Of a stretch of 32,000 nucleotides of DNA, positions 24,486 through 32,000 are shown one piece after another; position 1 is the first letter of the stretch; the number at the start of each line of letters is the position of its first letter. This DNA is from Microcystis aeruginosa NIES-2549. GTDB lineage: Bacteria; Cyanobacteriota; Cyanobacteriia; Cyanobacteriales; Microcystaceae. The position numbers and the translations under genes are program-made. The stretch lies in NCBI RefSeq assembly GCF_000981785.2, contig NZ_CP011304.1:480001-512000 (forward strand), read 5' to 3'. The notes beneath the pieces were generated by a model, which did no database searches, was not told the DNA's origin, and was given only the letters and a program-made list of their open reading frames with translations.

Positions 24486-25348
24486 GATTGCGTGTTATTG
24501 AATAGTTTAATGTTGCTGAGACCGATATAGTATTTACGATAGAAAGAGACGAGATAACCCATCAATTCCAAGACCATGAGACGACCTTCGCTAACGTAGG
24601 CCTGCGCTTTGGCCAGGGTGACATCCTGATTTTTTTGGCGTAGGGTGGTGGTATGAATATCGACCACATCGCGAGGACTCGCTTTTAAGAATCCTAACTT
24701 ATCGGCCAAGCTTCGCAGTCGTTCCGATAGATTATGTTCCACTTTGTATGCTTGTTCTTCTAAAGCTAAATCTAATAACTCTCCGTAATTTTGGACTAAT
24801 TCTTGAAAAATATCGGGAATACTCTGCCTTATTGCCTCAGAACCGAACATTTTCGCCGTTATGCTAGTTTGCACTCCCTTGATTAACTGTTCCAGTTCGC
24901 GAAATTCTTCTTCCTGTTGTTGATGTTTAAGATTGAGGATATATTGCTGACGCTCGATCGCCACACGAATTTGATAGACTAAAAGACTACTATCGATATT
25001 ATTTAACTGAATATAACCGTCAGCACCGAGTTGAAAGGCTTTAACGACTAATTTCTCATCATTGCTAGTAGTTTGAACGACTATCGGTATATCAGAGGCT
25101 AATTCTCTGGTTTTGACTAAGATATTTAAACCGGGGGGGACAGAGATTTCCAAGCTTAAGAGGATAAGATCAAATTTCTCCCCTGCCAGTTTTTCGGCAG
25201 TTTCCTCTAGATCCTGAGCTTGGGTGAGGGTAAAAGTCAACCCCTTGGCCAGGGAACATTGGGGGGCCTTTAACAGCAATCTCTGGATTAATTTAACAGT
25301 CGTCGGTTCGTCCTCTATCAATAAAATCCTACAGAGATCCCTAGTCAT
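24482..25348 (-). CDS. kaiA3: Chimeric receiver-like / KaiA-like protein (KaiA3-type): N-terminal (pseudo)receiver domain plus C-terminal helical KaiA-like domain
   Basis: N-terminus RILLIEDEP..FDLILLSLEI..IPIVVQTTS..GADGYIQL follows the REC fold pattern. Ser65 (codon 25154..25156) occupies the phospho-acceptor Asp position, and no KP Lys follows GADGY. The C-terminus (PRDVVDIHTTTL...RLMVLELMGYLVSFYRKYY) parallels the KaiA C-terminal helices (..VVEIHMELM...LIDVIAHLCEMYRR). It is translationally coupled to kaiB. Confidence 0.5.
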   Translation of the reverse strand: MTRDLCRILLIEDEPTTVKLIQRLLLKAPQCSLAKGLTFTLTQAQDLEETAEKLAGEKFDLILLSLEISVPPGLNILVKTRELASDIPIVVQTTSNDEKLVVKAFQLGADGYIQLNNIDSSLLVYQIRVAIERQQYILNLKHQQQEEEFRELEQLIKGVQTSITAKMFGSEAIRQSIPDIFQELVQNYGELLDLALEEQAYKVEHNLSERLRSLADKLGFLKASPRDVVDIHTTTLRQKNQDVTLAKAQAYVSEGRLMVLELMGYLVSFYRKYYIGLSNIKLFNNTQS

Positions 25349-25575
25349 TGTTAATCGATCGCTAAAATTATCTTTTTTCCCCCTACTTTCATAGTAAGCC
25401 CATCTTTGGGAAACTCAAGGACAAAATCACAGTATAACCTGCCCGCGCATTTAAATTGCTTGATAAGGCACTCTTGCAAGAGGCAACAGTAAAAGGATAG
25501 GCAGTGAAAATGCGTCTTAGCTTATCTCCAGCAAAAGTCAGAAGGGCTAAATTGCTCTTAAAGTCCTTAATTTAA

Positions 25576-25597
25576 CGATTTTTCCCGAAAAAAATCG
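25576..25597 (-). terminator. AT-rich hairpin about 47 nt downstream of the phoX stop (candidate terminator)
   Basis: CGATTTTT (25576..25583) and AAAAATCG (25590..25597) flank cccgaa. On the minus strand it is followed by TTAAATTAAGG. Confidence 0.35.
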
Positions 25598-25643
25598 CTT
25601 TTATACTCCAAGGAAACAATCTATTTCTTTCTTCTCCCTTCTC

Positions 25644-27845
25644 CTATTTTGACTCAATTCGGCGAATCGCCACCACTGCCGGCCGGGGAGGTTGATTAAC
25701 TTGACCACTAGGCCAATTCGACCCTAGGGGTACTTGTCGTATTTGTTCAAATTCCTGTCCATTAGTGGTTTTAAGGGCAAATTTACGGTTTTCAAAGGCT
25801 AAATCTCGACGAATTCCCCCCGCTTCCCCCGGATGCTGTACTGCCAAAAATAACGTCTCTTGGTCGGGAGTAAAGTACAATCCCGTTAATTCCGCATCCA
25901 TGGGAGCGATAGCAAAAGGATAGGGATGCTCTTGACCCTTGGCAAACACCCAAGCGCTATTATTACCAAAAATCCCCAATAAATCCCGTTGACTAACCGG
26001 GACCCCTTGGGGATAACGAGTTTTCATCTCTCGATTTAACCCACCCGTAGAAATATCGCTAACCATCCAGAGATTTCCCTGTTTATCGAAAGCGAGGTTA
26101 TCGGGATTAGAAAAACCCTCACCTTTCTCTGTCGGTTCCCCTCCATAAGCGACCACATCCCAACGAAAACTTAAGGAAGCAGCATCGTTGTTATCTTCCC
26201 TTAAGCTGATAATCCAACCAAATTCGTAGGGGATTTCGCCATTTGGTCCCTTAAATATCTCCTTATCGGCTCCTCCCTCCGCTTCACTGGGACTACCAGA
26301 GGTAAAGGTTATATATAAAGTGCCATTCTCGTCCACTTCCGTATCTTCTGGCCGACCAGTACAAGTGACCCCAACGGCGTTAGCGGCAAAATGAGCATCG
26401 ATGAGAATTGCTCCCTGTTTTTCCGTCCCATTACCTTCATACAGGTCTGCGAGGGTCTTATATTTAGCTTTGTAGGCTAGAATCTCCTCATCGTCCTTAA
26501 ATAGCAGTAATTGATTATCATTGACCGTTCTTTCGGGATTTGGCAAGGCTACCACCCCATCCCCGCGACTAGCGGCAATTTGACTCGGTAGGACGGGATT
26601 TATCTCCGTGTCGGGATTTAAGGGTATCCAATAACCGGTTTTATCGGGGTTGAATTTCGCCCCGTAGAGCATTCCTTTTTCTAGGAGTTTTGAGTTATTT
26701 TTCGCCTTAATATCGCTAATTTTGCCCTCGGAAACAAATTTATAGATATGACCGCCTCTGCGATCGCATCCTGAATAAACCGCCAAGGGTTGCCCCGTTT
26801 GAGCGAGAAAAGCGACCGCTTCATGGCGAAAACGCCCTAACCAAGTGTGTTTTGTGCCATAATCGTCGGGATTGGCAGGATCCACCTCCACCATCCAACC
26901 GTATTTATTTCCCGCTAACCCGAAGACGTTACCCCGGCCATCCACTTCCCCACTATTGAGAATAAAGGGGGTAGTATCGGGATGCAAAGAGGAACCATCT
27001 TTTAACACTACCTCCGTCACTTGGTCTTGAAAGTTCTCCTCGGCACTAAATACGGTCCCCCAAGGCGTTGTTCCCCCGGCGCAATTTTGAAACGTTCCGA
27101 TAATTTTTGCCCCTAATCCGTCATCGTAGCCAAGTTTATCGGTTTTGGTAAAAATTGCTACAGCAGGACCGGTGGCTTTCAGGTAACGACCGTCCTTTAG
27201 TCCAGAGATACCGGTAATGCGGCGATCGGCTTTACTATAGGTACGTTGCCATTTTCCCGTTTGATCTTTAGCGAGGGAAATTACGCCAATTCCCTGATCA
27301 ATTAAGCCTTCTAGGGATATTTCCTCGATTTTTGCCTTTAAGCTGGCATCTTGCAGACGATAGGCGGCAATTTCACCCTTTTCGTTGGTTTTTTCTCGTA
27401 CTTCCTTGACGGGTAGGGTTTTACCAATCACTTGTTCAAAGGTTTGTAGCCAAGTACGACCACTGATATATTCAAAATTAACGGTTAGATAACCTTGACC
27501 CGCACTGGTTTCAATAAAAGATAGATAATCATTGTTATAACCGAAACGGGAATCACCCACTGCATCCCCCCACTGGGCCAGCACATCAGATGTGAATCCT
27601 TGCGGAAGAACGAGATCATCTAGGACTTTATAGGTTTGATAGGCATTTTTTTGGCTTTCATCGCTCATACCGTCAATTTTTAAGGGAATTGGCAGTTTGA
27701 CTGGGGCAAAGTTTAAGCCGAAACTATTAGCAGCGATCGCAGGACTGCTAATCAGAGAGGAATATTTTTTCTCTTGCAGACTGAAAAAAGAGACACCAGC
27801 AGTGGCAGTTAAAAAGGTGAGGAAATTACGGCGAGAAATACTCAT
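25644..27845 (-). CDS. phoX: PhoX-family (DUF839) Tat-exported alkaline phosphatase
   Basis: Twin-arginine signal MSISRRNFLTFLTATAGVS. It is a large beta-propeller-type protein with motifs FNCAGGTTPWGT-like (FQNCAGGTTPWGTVFSAEEN) and PDNLAFD, typical of PhoX/DUF839. 733 aa. Confidence 0.8.
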   Translation of the reverse strand: MSISRRNFLTFLTATAGVSFFSLQEKKYSSLISSPAIAANSFGLNFAPVKLPIPLKIDGMSDESQKNAYQTYKVLDDLVLPQGFTSDVLAQWGDAVGDSRFGYNNDYLSFIETSAGQGYLTVNFEYISGRTWLQTFEQVIGKTLPVKEVREKTNEKGEIAAYRLQDASLKAKIEEISLEGLIDQGIGVISLAKDQTGKWQRTYSKADRRITGISGLKDGRYLKATGPAVAIFTKTDKLGYDDGLGAKIIGTFQNCAGGTTPWGTVFSAEENFQDQVTEVVLKDGSSLHPDTTPFILNSGEVDGRGNVFGLAGNKYGWMVEVDPANPDDYGTKHTWLGRFRHEAVAFLAQTGQPLAVYSGCDRRGGHIYKFVSEGKISDIKAKNNSKLLEKGMLYGAKFNPDKTGYWIPLNPDTEINPVLPSQIAASRGDGVVALPNPERTVNDNQLLLFKDDEEILAYKAKYKTLADLYEGNGTEKQGAILIDAHFAANAVGVTCTGRPEDTEVDENGTLYITFTSGSPSEAEGGADKEIFKGPNGEIPYEFGWIISLREDNNDAASLSFRWDVVAYGGEPTEKGEGFSNPDNLAFDKQGNLWMVSDISTGGLNREMKTRYPQGVPVSQRDLLGIFGNNSAWVFAKGQEHPYPFAIAPMDAELTGLYFTPDQETLFLAVQHPGEAGGIRRDLAFENRKFALKTTNGQEFEQIRQVPLGSNWPSGQVNQPPRPAVVAIRRIESK

Positions 27846-27921
27846 ATTTTCAGGAATAAAGTCAAAACTGATACTCGGACATCGATTAGGTTACATTTTA
27901 TTACAGACCCTTGACATAGGT

Positions 27922-27965
27922 ATTATATATTATCCAAGTTATGACTAAGTTAACAGCCAGTTAAA
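27922..27965 (-). promoter_or_regulatory. Candidate Pho box (three 8-bp direct repeats with 11-bp periodicity) plus a TATAAT -10 element upstream of phoX
   Basis: The minus strand reads TTTAACTG gct GTTAACTT agt CATAACTT (27965..27936). Each repeat matches 7/8 positions of the cyanobacterial PhoB/SphR consensus PyTTAAPyPy(T/A). A TATAAT lies at 27927..27922, 8 nt downstream. The repeats lie 91..120 nt upstream of ATG 27845. Confidence 0.55.
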
Positions 27966-27967
27966 AG

Positions 27968-28072
27968 TAATCAGTAAACAGTAATCGGTGCAAAGACAGC
28001 AGAAAACTGCCATAATCAGTAAACAGTAAACAGTAAACAGTAATCGGTGAAAAGACAGTAGAAAACTGCCAT
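27968..28072. repeat. Direct repeat of a roughly 45-bp unit; the second copy is expanded by two extra CAGTAAA-type heptamers
   Basis: aatcagtaaacagtaatcggtgCaaagacagCagaaaactgccat (27968..28013) versus aatcagtaaacag[taaacagtaaacag]taatcggtgAaaagacagTagaaaactgccat (28013..28072). Confidence 0.9.
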
Positions 28073-28150
28073 TTAATACTGCTCGCTTAATCCATACTGC
28101 ACACTTAAAACTCCAATCTGATAACTGATAAATGAATAGGGGTTTAGCCA

Positions 28151-28474
28151 ATGTCTAACGAAACTGTAACTTATTCCCTAGAAGCCGTCTTGACCAGGAT
28201 TGAGGGAAAAATAGATAACCTACAAAGAGATGTTACTCAAAAATTCGACAAAATCGATGAACGTCTCACAAAATTAGAAATCGGACAAGCCGAAATCAAG
28301 GGAGAGTTAAAAGGAGATATTAAAGCTTTAGATGAGCGATTGACCACGGAAATCAAGGGATTAACGGCACGGATTGCCTATCAGGAATTTACTAACCGGG
28401 GGATTTTAATCGCTTTAGTCGTCGCCATTTTGGGTGGTGCGGCTAAACTTTTTGGGTTTTTTCCTAATCCCTAG
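28151..28474 (+). CDS. Small coiled-coil protein with a C-terminal transmembrane anchor (hypothetical)
   Basis: 107 aa. Heptad-like charged region (IEGKIDNLQRDV..IDERLTKLEIGQAEIKGELKGDIKALDERL), then hydrophobic GILIALVVAILGGAAKLFGFF. No family assigned. Confidence 0.55.
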   Translation: MSNETVTYSLEAVLTRIEGKIDNLQRDVTQKFDKIDERLTKLEIGQAEIKGELKGDIKALDERLTTEIKGLTARIAYQEFTNRGILIALVVAILGGAAKLFGFFPNP

Positions 28475-28511
28475 AAGTGGCTACTAGGCACGGCTAGGAG
28501 CAAGATCAATG

Positions 28512-29198
28512 TCATGAATATTTTGATAAAATTCCTTGTAAAAAAGCGGTAGTTTTTAAATCAATCCCTGTAATTGCCGTGCCAACAACTACCGAATAGG
28601 CACCAACTTCTAGGGCTTTTTTGGCTTCTGTTGGAGTCGATATTCCTCCCTCACAGATAACAGGAACTGATAACTTATTAACTAATTCTTCTAGGAAAGA
28701 AAAACTCGGCGGCTGCAGATGTTTAGTTGCTTCTGTGTAACCGTAAAGAGTTGTACCGACAACATCAGCACCAGCTGCCACGGCATAAATAGCACTTTCG
28801 ATCGAGTCTATATCTGCCATGACTAATTTACCAGTTTCCCGATGAATACGATCGATAATTGTGGCTAAATTTTCATCATTAGGACGCTTTCTGGGGGTAG
28901 CATCCAAGGCAATTATATCGGCACCCGCATCGGCAATGGCGAGAGCATCTTGATATTTGGGCGTAATATATACCGAACAATCGCGATAATTGCGTTTCCA
29001 GAGTCCAATTATCGGTATATCCGGCAATTGTTGACGGGTGGCTTTCAGATGAGCGGGACTATCAATTCTTACCCCACAAGCACCCCTATCCACGCAAGCA
29101 TGAGCCATGGCGGCAATAATTACAGGATCGTGCAGAGATGACTCCACTGGCGCTTGACAGGAGACGATTAAACCCGATTTTAAGGTTTCTATTCTCAT
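28512..29198 (-). CDS. nanE: Putative N-acetylmannosamine-6-phosphate 2-epimerase (NanE family TIM barrel)
   Basis: LKSGLIVSCQA near the N-terminus, then ..GLWKR.., ..IALDAT.., ..ADI.., ..VGTTLYGYT.. and ..VICEGGI..VVVGTAITG are colinear with NanE. 228 aa. Confidence 0.75.
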   Translation of the reverse strand: MRIETLKSGLIVSCQAPVESSLHDPVIIAAMAHACVDRGACGVRIDSPAHLKATRQQLPDIPIIGLWKRNYRDCSVYITPKYQDALAIADAGADIIALDATPRKRPNDENLATIIDRIHRETGKLVMADIDSIESAIYAVAAGADVVGTTLYGYTEATKHLQPPSFSFLEELVNKLSVPVICEGGISTPTEAKKALEVGAYSVVVGTAITGIDLKTTAFLQGILSKYS

Positions 29199-29204
29199 AA
29201 AATT

Positions 29205-29228
29205 GGAAGTGGGGAAGTGGGAAAGTGG
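29205..29228. repeat. Tandem octamer GGAAGTGG x3 (third unit GAAAGTGG), 6 nt upstream of the nanE start
   Basis: Read directly: ggaagtgg ggaagtgg gaaagtgg. Confidence 0.9.
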
Positions 29229-29314
29229 GGGTATTTTCAGTGAACAGTGAACAGTAATCAGTGAAAAAACTCCAATCTGATCACTGATAACTGTTTACTG
29301 ATTTTGGACTTAGA

Positions 29315-29824
29315 TTACTTATAAGCAGCAATACACTGTTCAACTAAAGCGGTTACTGCGTCCACATCTTTCCAACCGAGAATTTCTGTGACTTTTTTCT
29401 CTAGATTCTTATAGGTTTTGAAAAACTCGGCGATTTCGTCCAAGCGATGGGGAGAGACATCTTTAAGAGATTTTACCTCTGCATAACGGGGATCTTTAGC
29501 GGGAACACAGAGAATTTTTTCATCGCGATCACCACCATCGATCATTTCTAGCATACCAATGGGACGCGCCGTAATCACACAGCCGGGGAAAGTAGGCTGA
29601 TCCATGATCACCATACCATCTAAAGGATCGCCGTCATCGGCGAGGGTATTGGGAACAAAACCATAATCACAGGGATATTGTACCGAAGAATAGAGAACGC
29701 GATCGAGAGCAAAGGCGTTTAAATCCTTATCAAACTCGTATTTATTCTTACTACCGGCGGTAATTTCCACTAAAACGTTAATTAAACCGGGTTTCGGTTG
29801 GGCAGGAATGCGCGATAAATCCAC
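29315..29824 (-). CDS. ppa: Inorganic pyrophosphatase (family I)
   Basis: [33 protein letters not shown] and [17 protein letters not shown] are hallmark family I PPase motifs. I place the start at GTG 29824 (VDLSRIP), giving about 169 aa as in other cyanobacterial Ppa. The track ORF extends 14 codons further, to 29866. Confidence 0.88.
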   Translation of the reverse strand: MDLSRIPAQPKPGLINVLVEITAGSKNKYEFDKDLNAFALDRVLYSSVQYPCDYGFVPNTLADDGDPLDGMVIMDQPTFPGCVITARPIGMLEMIDGGDRDEKILCVPAKDPRYAEVKSLKDVSPHRLDEIAEFFKTYKNLEKKVTEILGWKDVDAVTALVEQCIAAYK

Positions 29825-29985
29825 AAGCTTTCTCCAAATACAAGACAATAGCGCCTTTAGAGTCACCTAAAAGCGCAAGCGAAATTAAAACACACTTTGA
29901 TTAACTCCGATCCAAATTCTACCCATAAGGGGGATCGGGACGAAGAAAAAAATTTTTACTTTGGCAATCGTCTATCTCAATTCTG

Positions 29986-30180
29986 TCACCTCATTTGCCT
30001 CGTTAGGGAGTAGGATGTGTTACCGGTAAGGGGTTCTTCGGTATAGTTAGGCGTGGAGTTATATCCAATCGCTAACAAGGGTAACGTTAGGGTCAGAATT
30101 GCGATCATGGTTCCGAGTAAGTTTGCCCACCTATGACTAGGAGGTTCGGAAGTCTTCCCTGACGGGTTGCTTGATTCCAT
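29986..30180 (-). CDS. Possible small membrane protein (hypothetical)
   Basis: 64 aa with one clear hydrophobic helix (LLGTMIAILTLTLPLLAIGY). No homology recognised; this could be a chance ORF. Confidence 0.3.
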   Translation of the reverse strand: MESSNPSGKTSEPPSHRWANLLGTMIAILTLTLPLLAIGYNSTPNYTEEPLTGNTSYSLTRQMR

Positions 30181-31053
30181 AAAGGGGTCGTTTTGAACTC
30201 GACAAGTAAAGAATACGAGAGATATATAGAGCAGTCAGCTATCGGCTTTTAGCTTTTAGCAAATTACTGCTATTTTTTGCTTTTGAGCTTGGTTAACGTC
30301 TCGTTAAAAAGCGAAACATTAACAGCAATACTCTCCCTACTAATTATATTTTACCAATTCTTTTCCAGGAGTTCACTCTGATACTTTTCTTGACGATCTC
30401 TCCAGATCATGGTCTGTTGGTGTTTGTCCCTGTTATACTAAATCCGTTGAGTATAGGCTACATATCAGGACAGGCAAAAGGCAATAGGCAATAGGCAAAA
30501 GGAGCAATAGATAATCAGTTTTTAATAACCAGATTTAGTGTTACACTGTGGGTGCCAGCACAGCTTCCTTGTCTGATTCCGAAATCAGGTTATTTACTAC
30601 TCAATCCACAAAAAAAATGTCTGAAGGGCTTAAATATTAAGCGATCCAAACATTTTCTCATTGCAATCGGAGGGTGATATTGACTTTATGTCTTAACTTC
30701 GAGCTTACGATAGAAACCTGGCTGTTAATGTAGCCTATTTAACCAAAATATCGATTTTTTGCTTATTTATAGGGATAAAAAATGGCCTTTGCTTAAAATT
30801 ATCCGAGTTTAGAGACAATTACTTAGTAATAATCTCCCAATAAGCTAGGCCTCAGAGACCGGCAAGGCATCCTCAAGCCTTGATTTGTCCTTGCTTGCCA
30901 TGGACGGCGATCACCAAGGGCGGAGTTAATCTACCAATACAGATATCATAACTCGATCGAGGGAGAAAAACCAAGAACCTGCGAGAAAATTGCCGATTTA
31001 TCCCGGCCAATATTACTGCTCAGATCGCCCCAGATGATGCCGTCAGTCATTCT

Positions 31054-32000
31054 TCAGCGAGAAACCACCTCGCTAGGGGATTCCGATTCCAGGGGGAGAG
31101 AGGGTTTAATTACCCCGTGTTTTGTCTCCTCCGGTGTCACTTGACGGATCACCTCCAAAGCTTCCTTAATCATTACCGCCATGGGAACCGCGACAATCAC
31201 CCCCAGTAAACCGCCCACTCGCGCCCCCGTCAAGACTGAGACTAACACCCAAAAGGGATTTAACCCGGTGACACTGCCCAAAATCCGGGGAGCAATGCCG
31301 TTTTCGACAATTTGCTGCACCACTACAGCCACGGCTAAAACTTGCAGAGCTAAACCAATATCGCGCAAAGCTAGTAAAGCTGTCACCGTGACAATGCCTA
31401 CAGTTCCCCCAAAAGGGATTAAAGCCATGGTGCCAATCAAAAGGCCGAATAGGAGACCAAAAGGGACTTTAATCGATAAAAAGGCCGTGACTAATCCCAG
31501 GGCCATGCAGGTGGCACAAATTACCTGTCCGACAAAGTAATTCTGAAAACTTAAGCGTAGAGTTAGGGAAAAGGGTTGTTGGACGGGTTTGGGCAACCAT
31601 TGGATAATACTCCTCCAGATATCGGGACTGTGGAGAAGCAGATAAAAGGTGAGGATAATAGTTAGCAGCACATCAAGCACGCGCACCACGGTAAAAACGG
31701 TGAGATTAAGGGCTAAATTAACGCTTCTTCCCGCTAGAATTTGCAATTCTGCCCCTAAACGACTGTTAAACTGAGCGATCAGACCATCGAAACTGATCGG
31801 AATCGGTAGATTCATCGTGTCGATTTTGGTATCTAGTTGCATCAGTTGGCGCTGTCCCGAGTCTAACCATTCTGGCAATCTATTGACAAATTGCTGCGCT
31901 TGGGTGAAGACTAGGGGAACTAGGGTTATTCCCACGGCCACAAAAATTAAAATCGTGATCAGGGAAACCACGATCGCAGCTAAACCCCGTTTTAATCCCT
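31054..32000 (-). CDS. AI-2E family (PerM/UPF0118) transporter, 5' partial; the frame is open to the right window edge
   Basis: Polytopic membrane protein with ALIPFGGTVG and GLNPFWVLVSVLTGARVGGLLGVIVAVP, typical of AI-2E/PerM permeases. The frame continues upstream of GTG 31971 (..GLKRGLAAIV-VSLITIL) to base 32000. Confidence 0.75.
   Translation of the reverse strand, partial: GLKRGLAAIVVSLITILIFVAVGITLVPLVFTQAQQFVNRLPEWLDSGQRQLMQLDTKIDTMNLPIPISFDGLIAQFNSRLGAELQILAGRSVNLALNLTVFTVVRVLDVLLTIILTFYLLLHSPDIWRSIIQWLPKPVQQPFSLTLRLSFQNYFVGQVICATCMALGLVTAFLSIKVPFGLLFGLLIGTMALIPFGGTVGIVTVTALLALRDIGLALQVLAVAVVVQQIVENGIAPRILGSVTGLNPFWVLVSVLTGARVGGLLGVIVAVPMAVMIKEALEVIRQVTPEETKHGVIKPSLPLESESPSEVVSR

Noticed and set aside
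27968-28072. Possible mini-CRISPR array
   Set aside because: There are only two repeat copies, they are directly adjacent without a unique spacer of CRISPR size, there are no cas genes, and the repeat belongs to the local heptamer microsatellite family.
27945-28151. 68-aa minus-strand ORF in the phoX / 28151 intergenic region
   Set aside because: It is composed of translated CAGTAAA heptamers and the 45-bp direct repeat, so its internally repetitive peptide is a repeat artefact.
30463-30740. 11-bp inverted repeat ATAGGCTACAT/ATGTAGCCTAT as termini of a MITE of about 280 bp
   Set aside because: The arms do not extend beyond 11 bp, I saw no flanking target-site duplication, and a match of this length is not very improbable by chance in an 870-bp AT-rich region.
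1227-31540. Remaining antisense or nested track ORFs: 1227..1433, 8337..8720, 9172..9381, 12266..12508, 13911..14102, 16199..16435, 16491..16739, 16918..17184, 17159..17365, 17781..17966, 17909..18094, 21573..21920, 23632..23892, 24199..24381, 27697..27948, 28950..29141, 31181..31540
   Set aside because: Each lies wholly or largely inside a longer ORF on the opposite strand, or in another frame, that has clear family motifs. None shows motifs of its own.

Overview
Chromosomal window from a unicellular cyanobacterium. It looks Microcystis-like, which I infer from frequent HIP1 GCGATCGC sites, ACTGATA/ACTGATC heptamer arrays in intergenic DNA, and photosynthesis and carboxysome genes. About 30 CDS are credible. 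Housekeeping genes are psbQ (partial), a 2Fe-2S ferredoxin-like gene, coaBC, a DUF1517 gene, a STAS-like gene, pfkA, gltX, a GST, chorismate lyase, a hydantoinase/oxoprolinase-family gene, a Gfo/Idh/MocA oxidoreductase, ccmO, raf1, csaB, phoX, nanE, ppa and an AI-2E transporter (partial). The accessory content has four parts. (1) Two tandemly duplicated RTX (GGxGxD nonapeptide) exoprotein genes share duplicated leaders but differ in repeat number. (2) A co-oriented defence islet on the minus strand holds a MazF/PemK toxin-antitoxin pair, a VapC/PIN toxin-antitoxin pair, and an AT-rich EcoRI-family restriction-modification module. Its methyltransferase gene is intact, while the endonuclease gene is full length and in frame but carries two nonsense codons. 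The ORF track shows only the last 68 aa of that endonuclease gene. (3) A translationally coupled pair encodes a pseudo-receiver/KaiA-like protein and a KaiB homologue, with no kaiC nearby. (4) A three-repeat Pho box lies upstream of phoX. Intergenic DNA is rich in short tandem octamer and heptamer arrays, including G-quadruplex-prone arrays that artificially extend the coaBC ORF. By eye I found no rRNA, tRNA, CRISPR array or transposase. All homology statements come from my own recognition of motifs, not from database searches.
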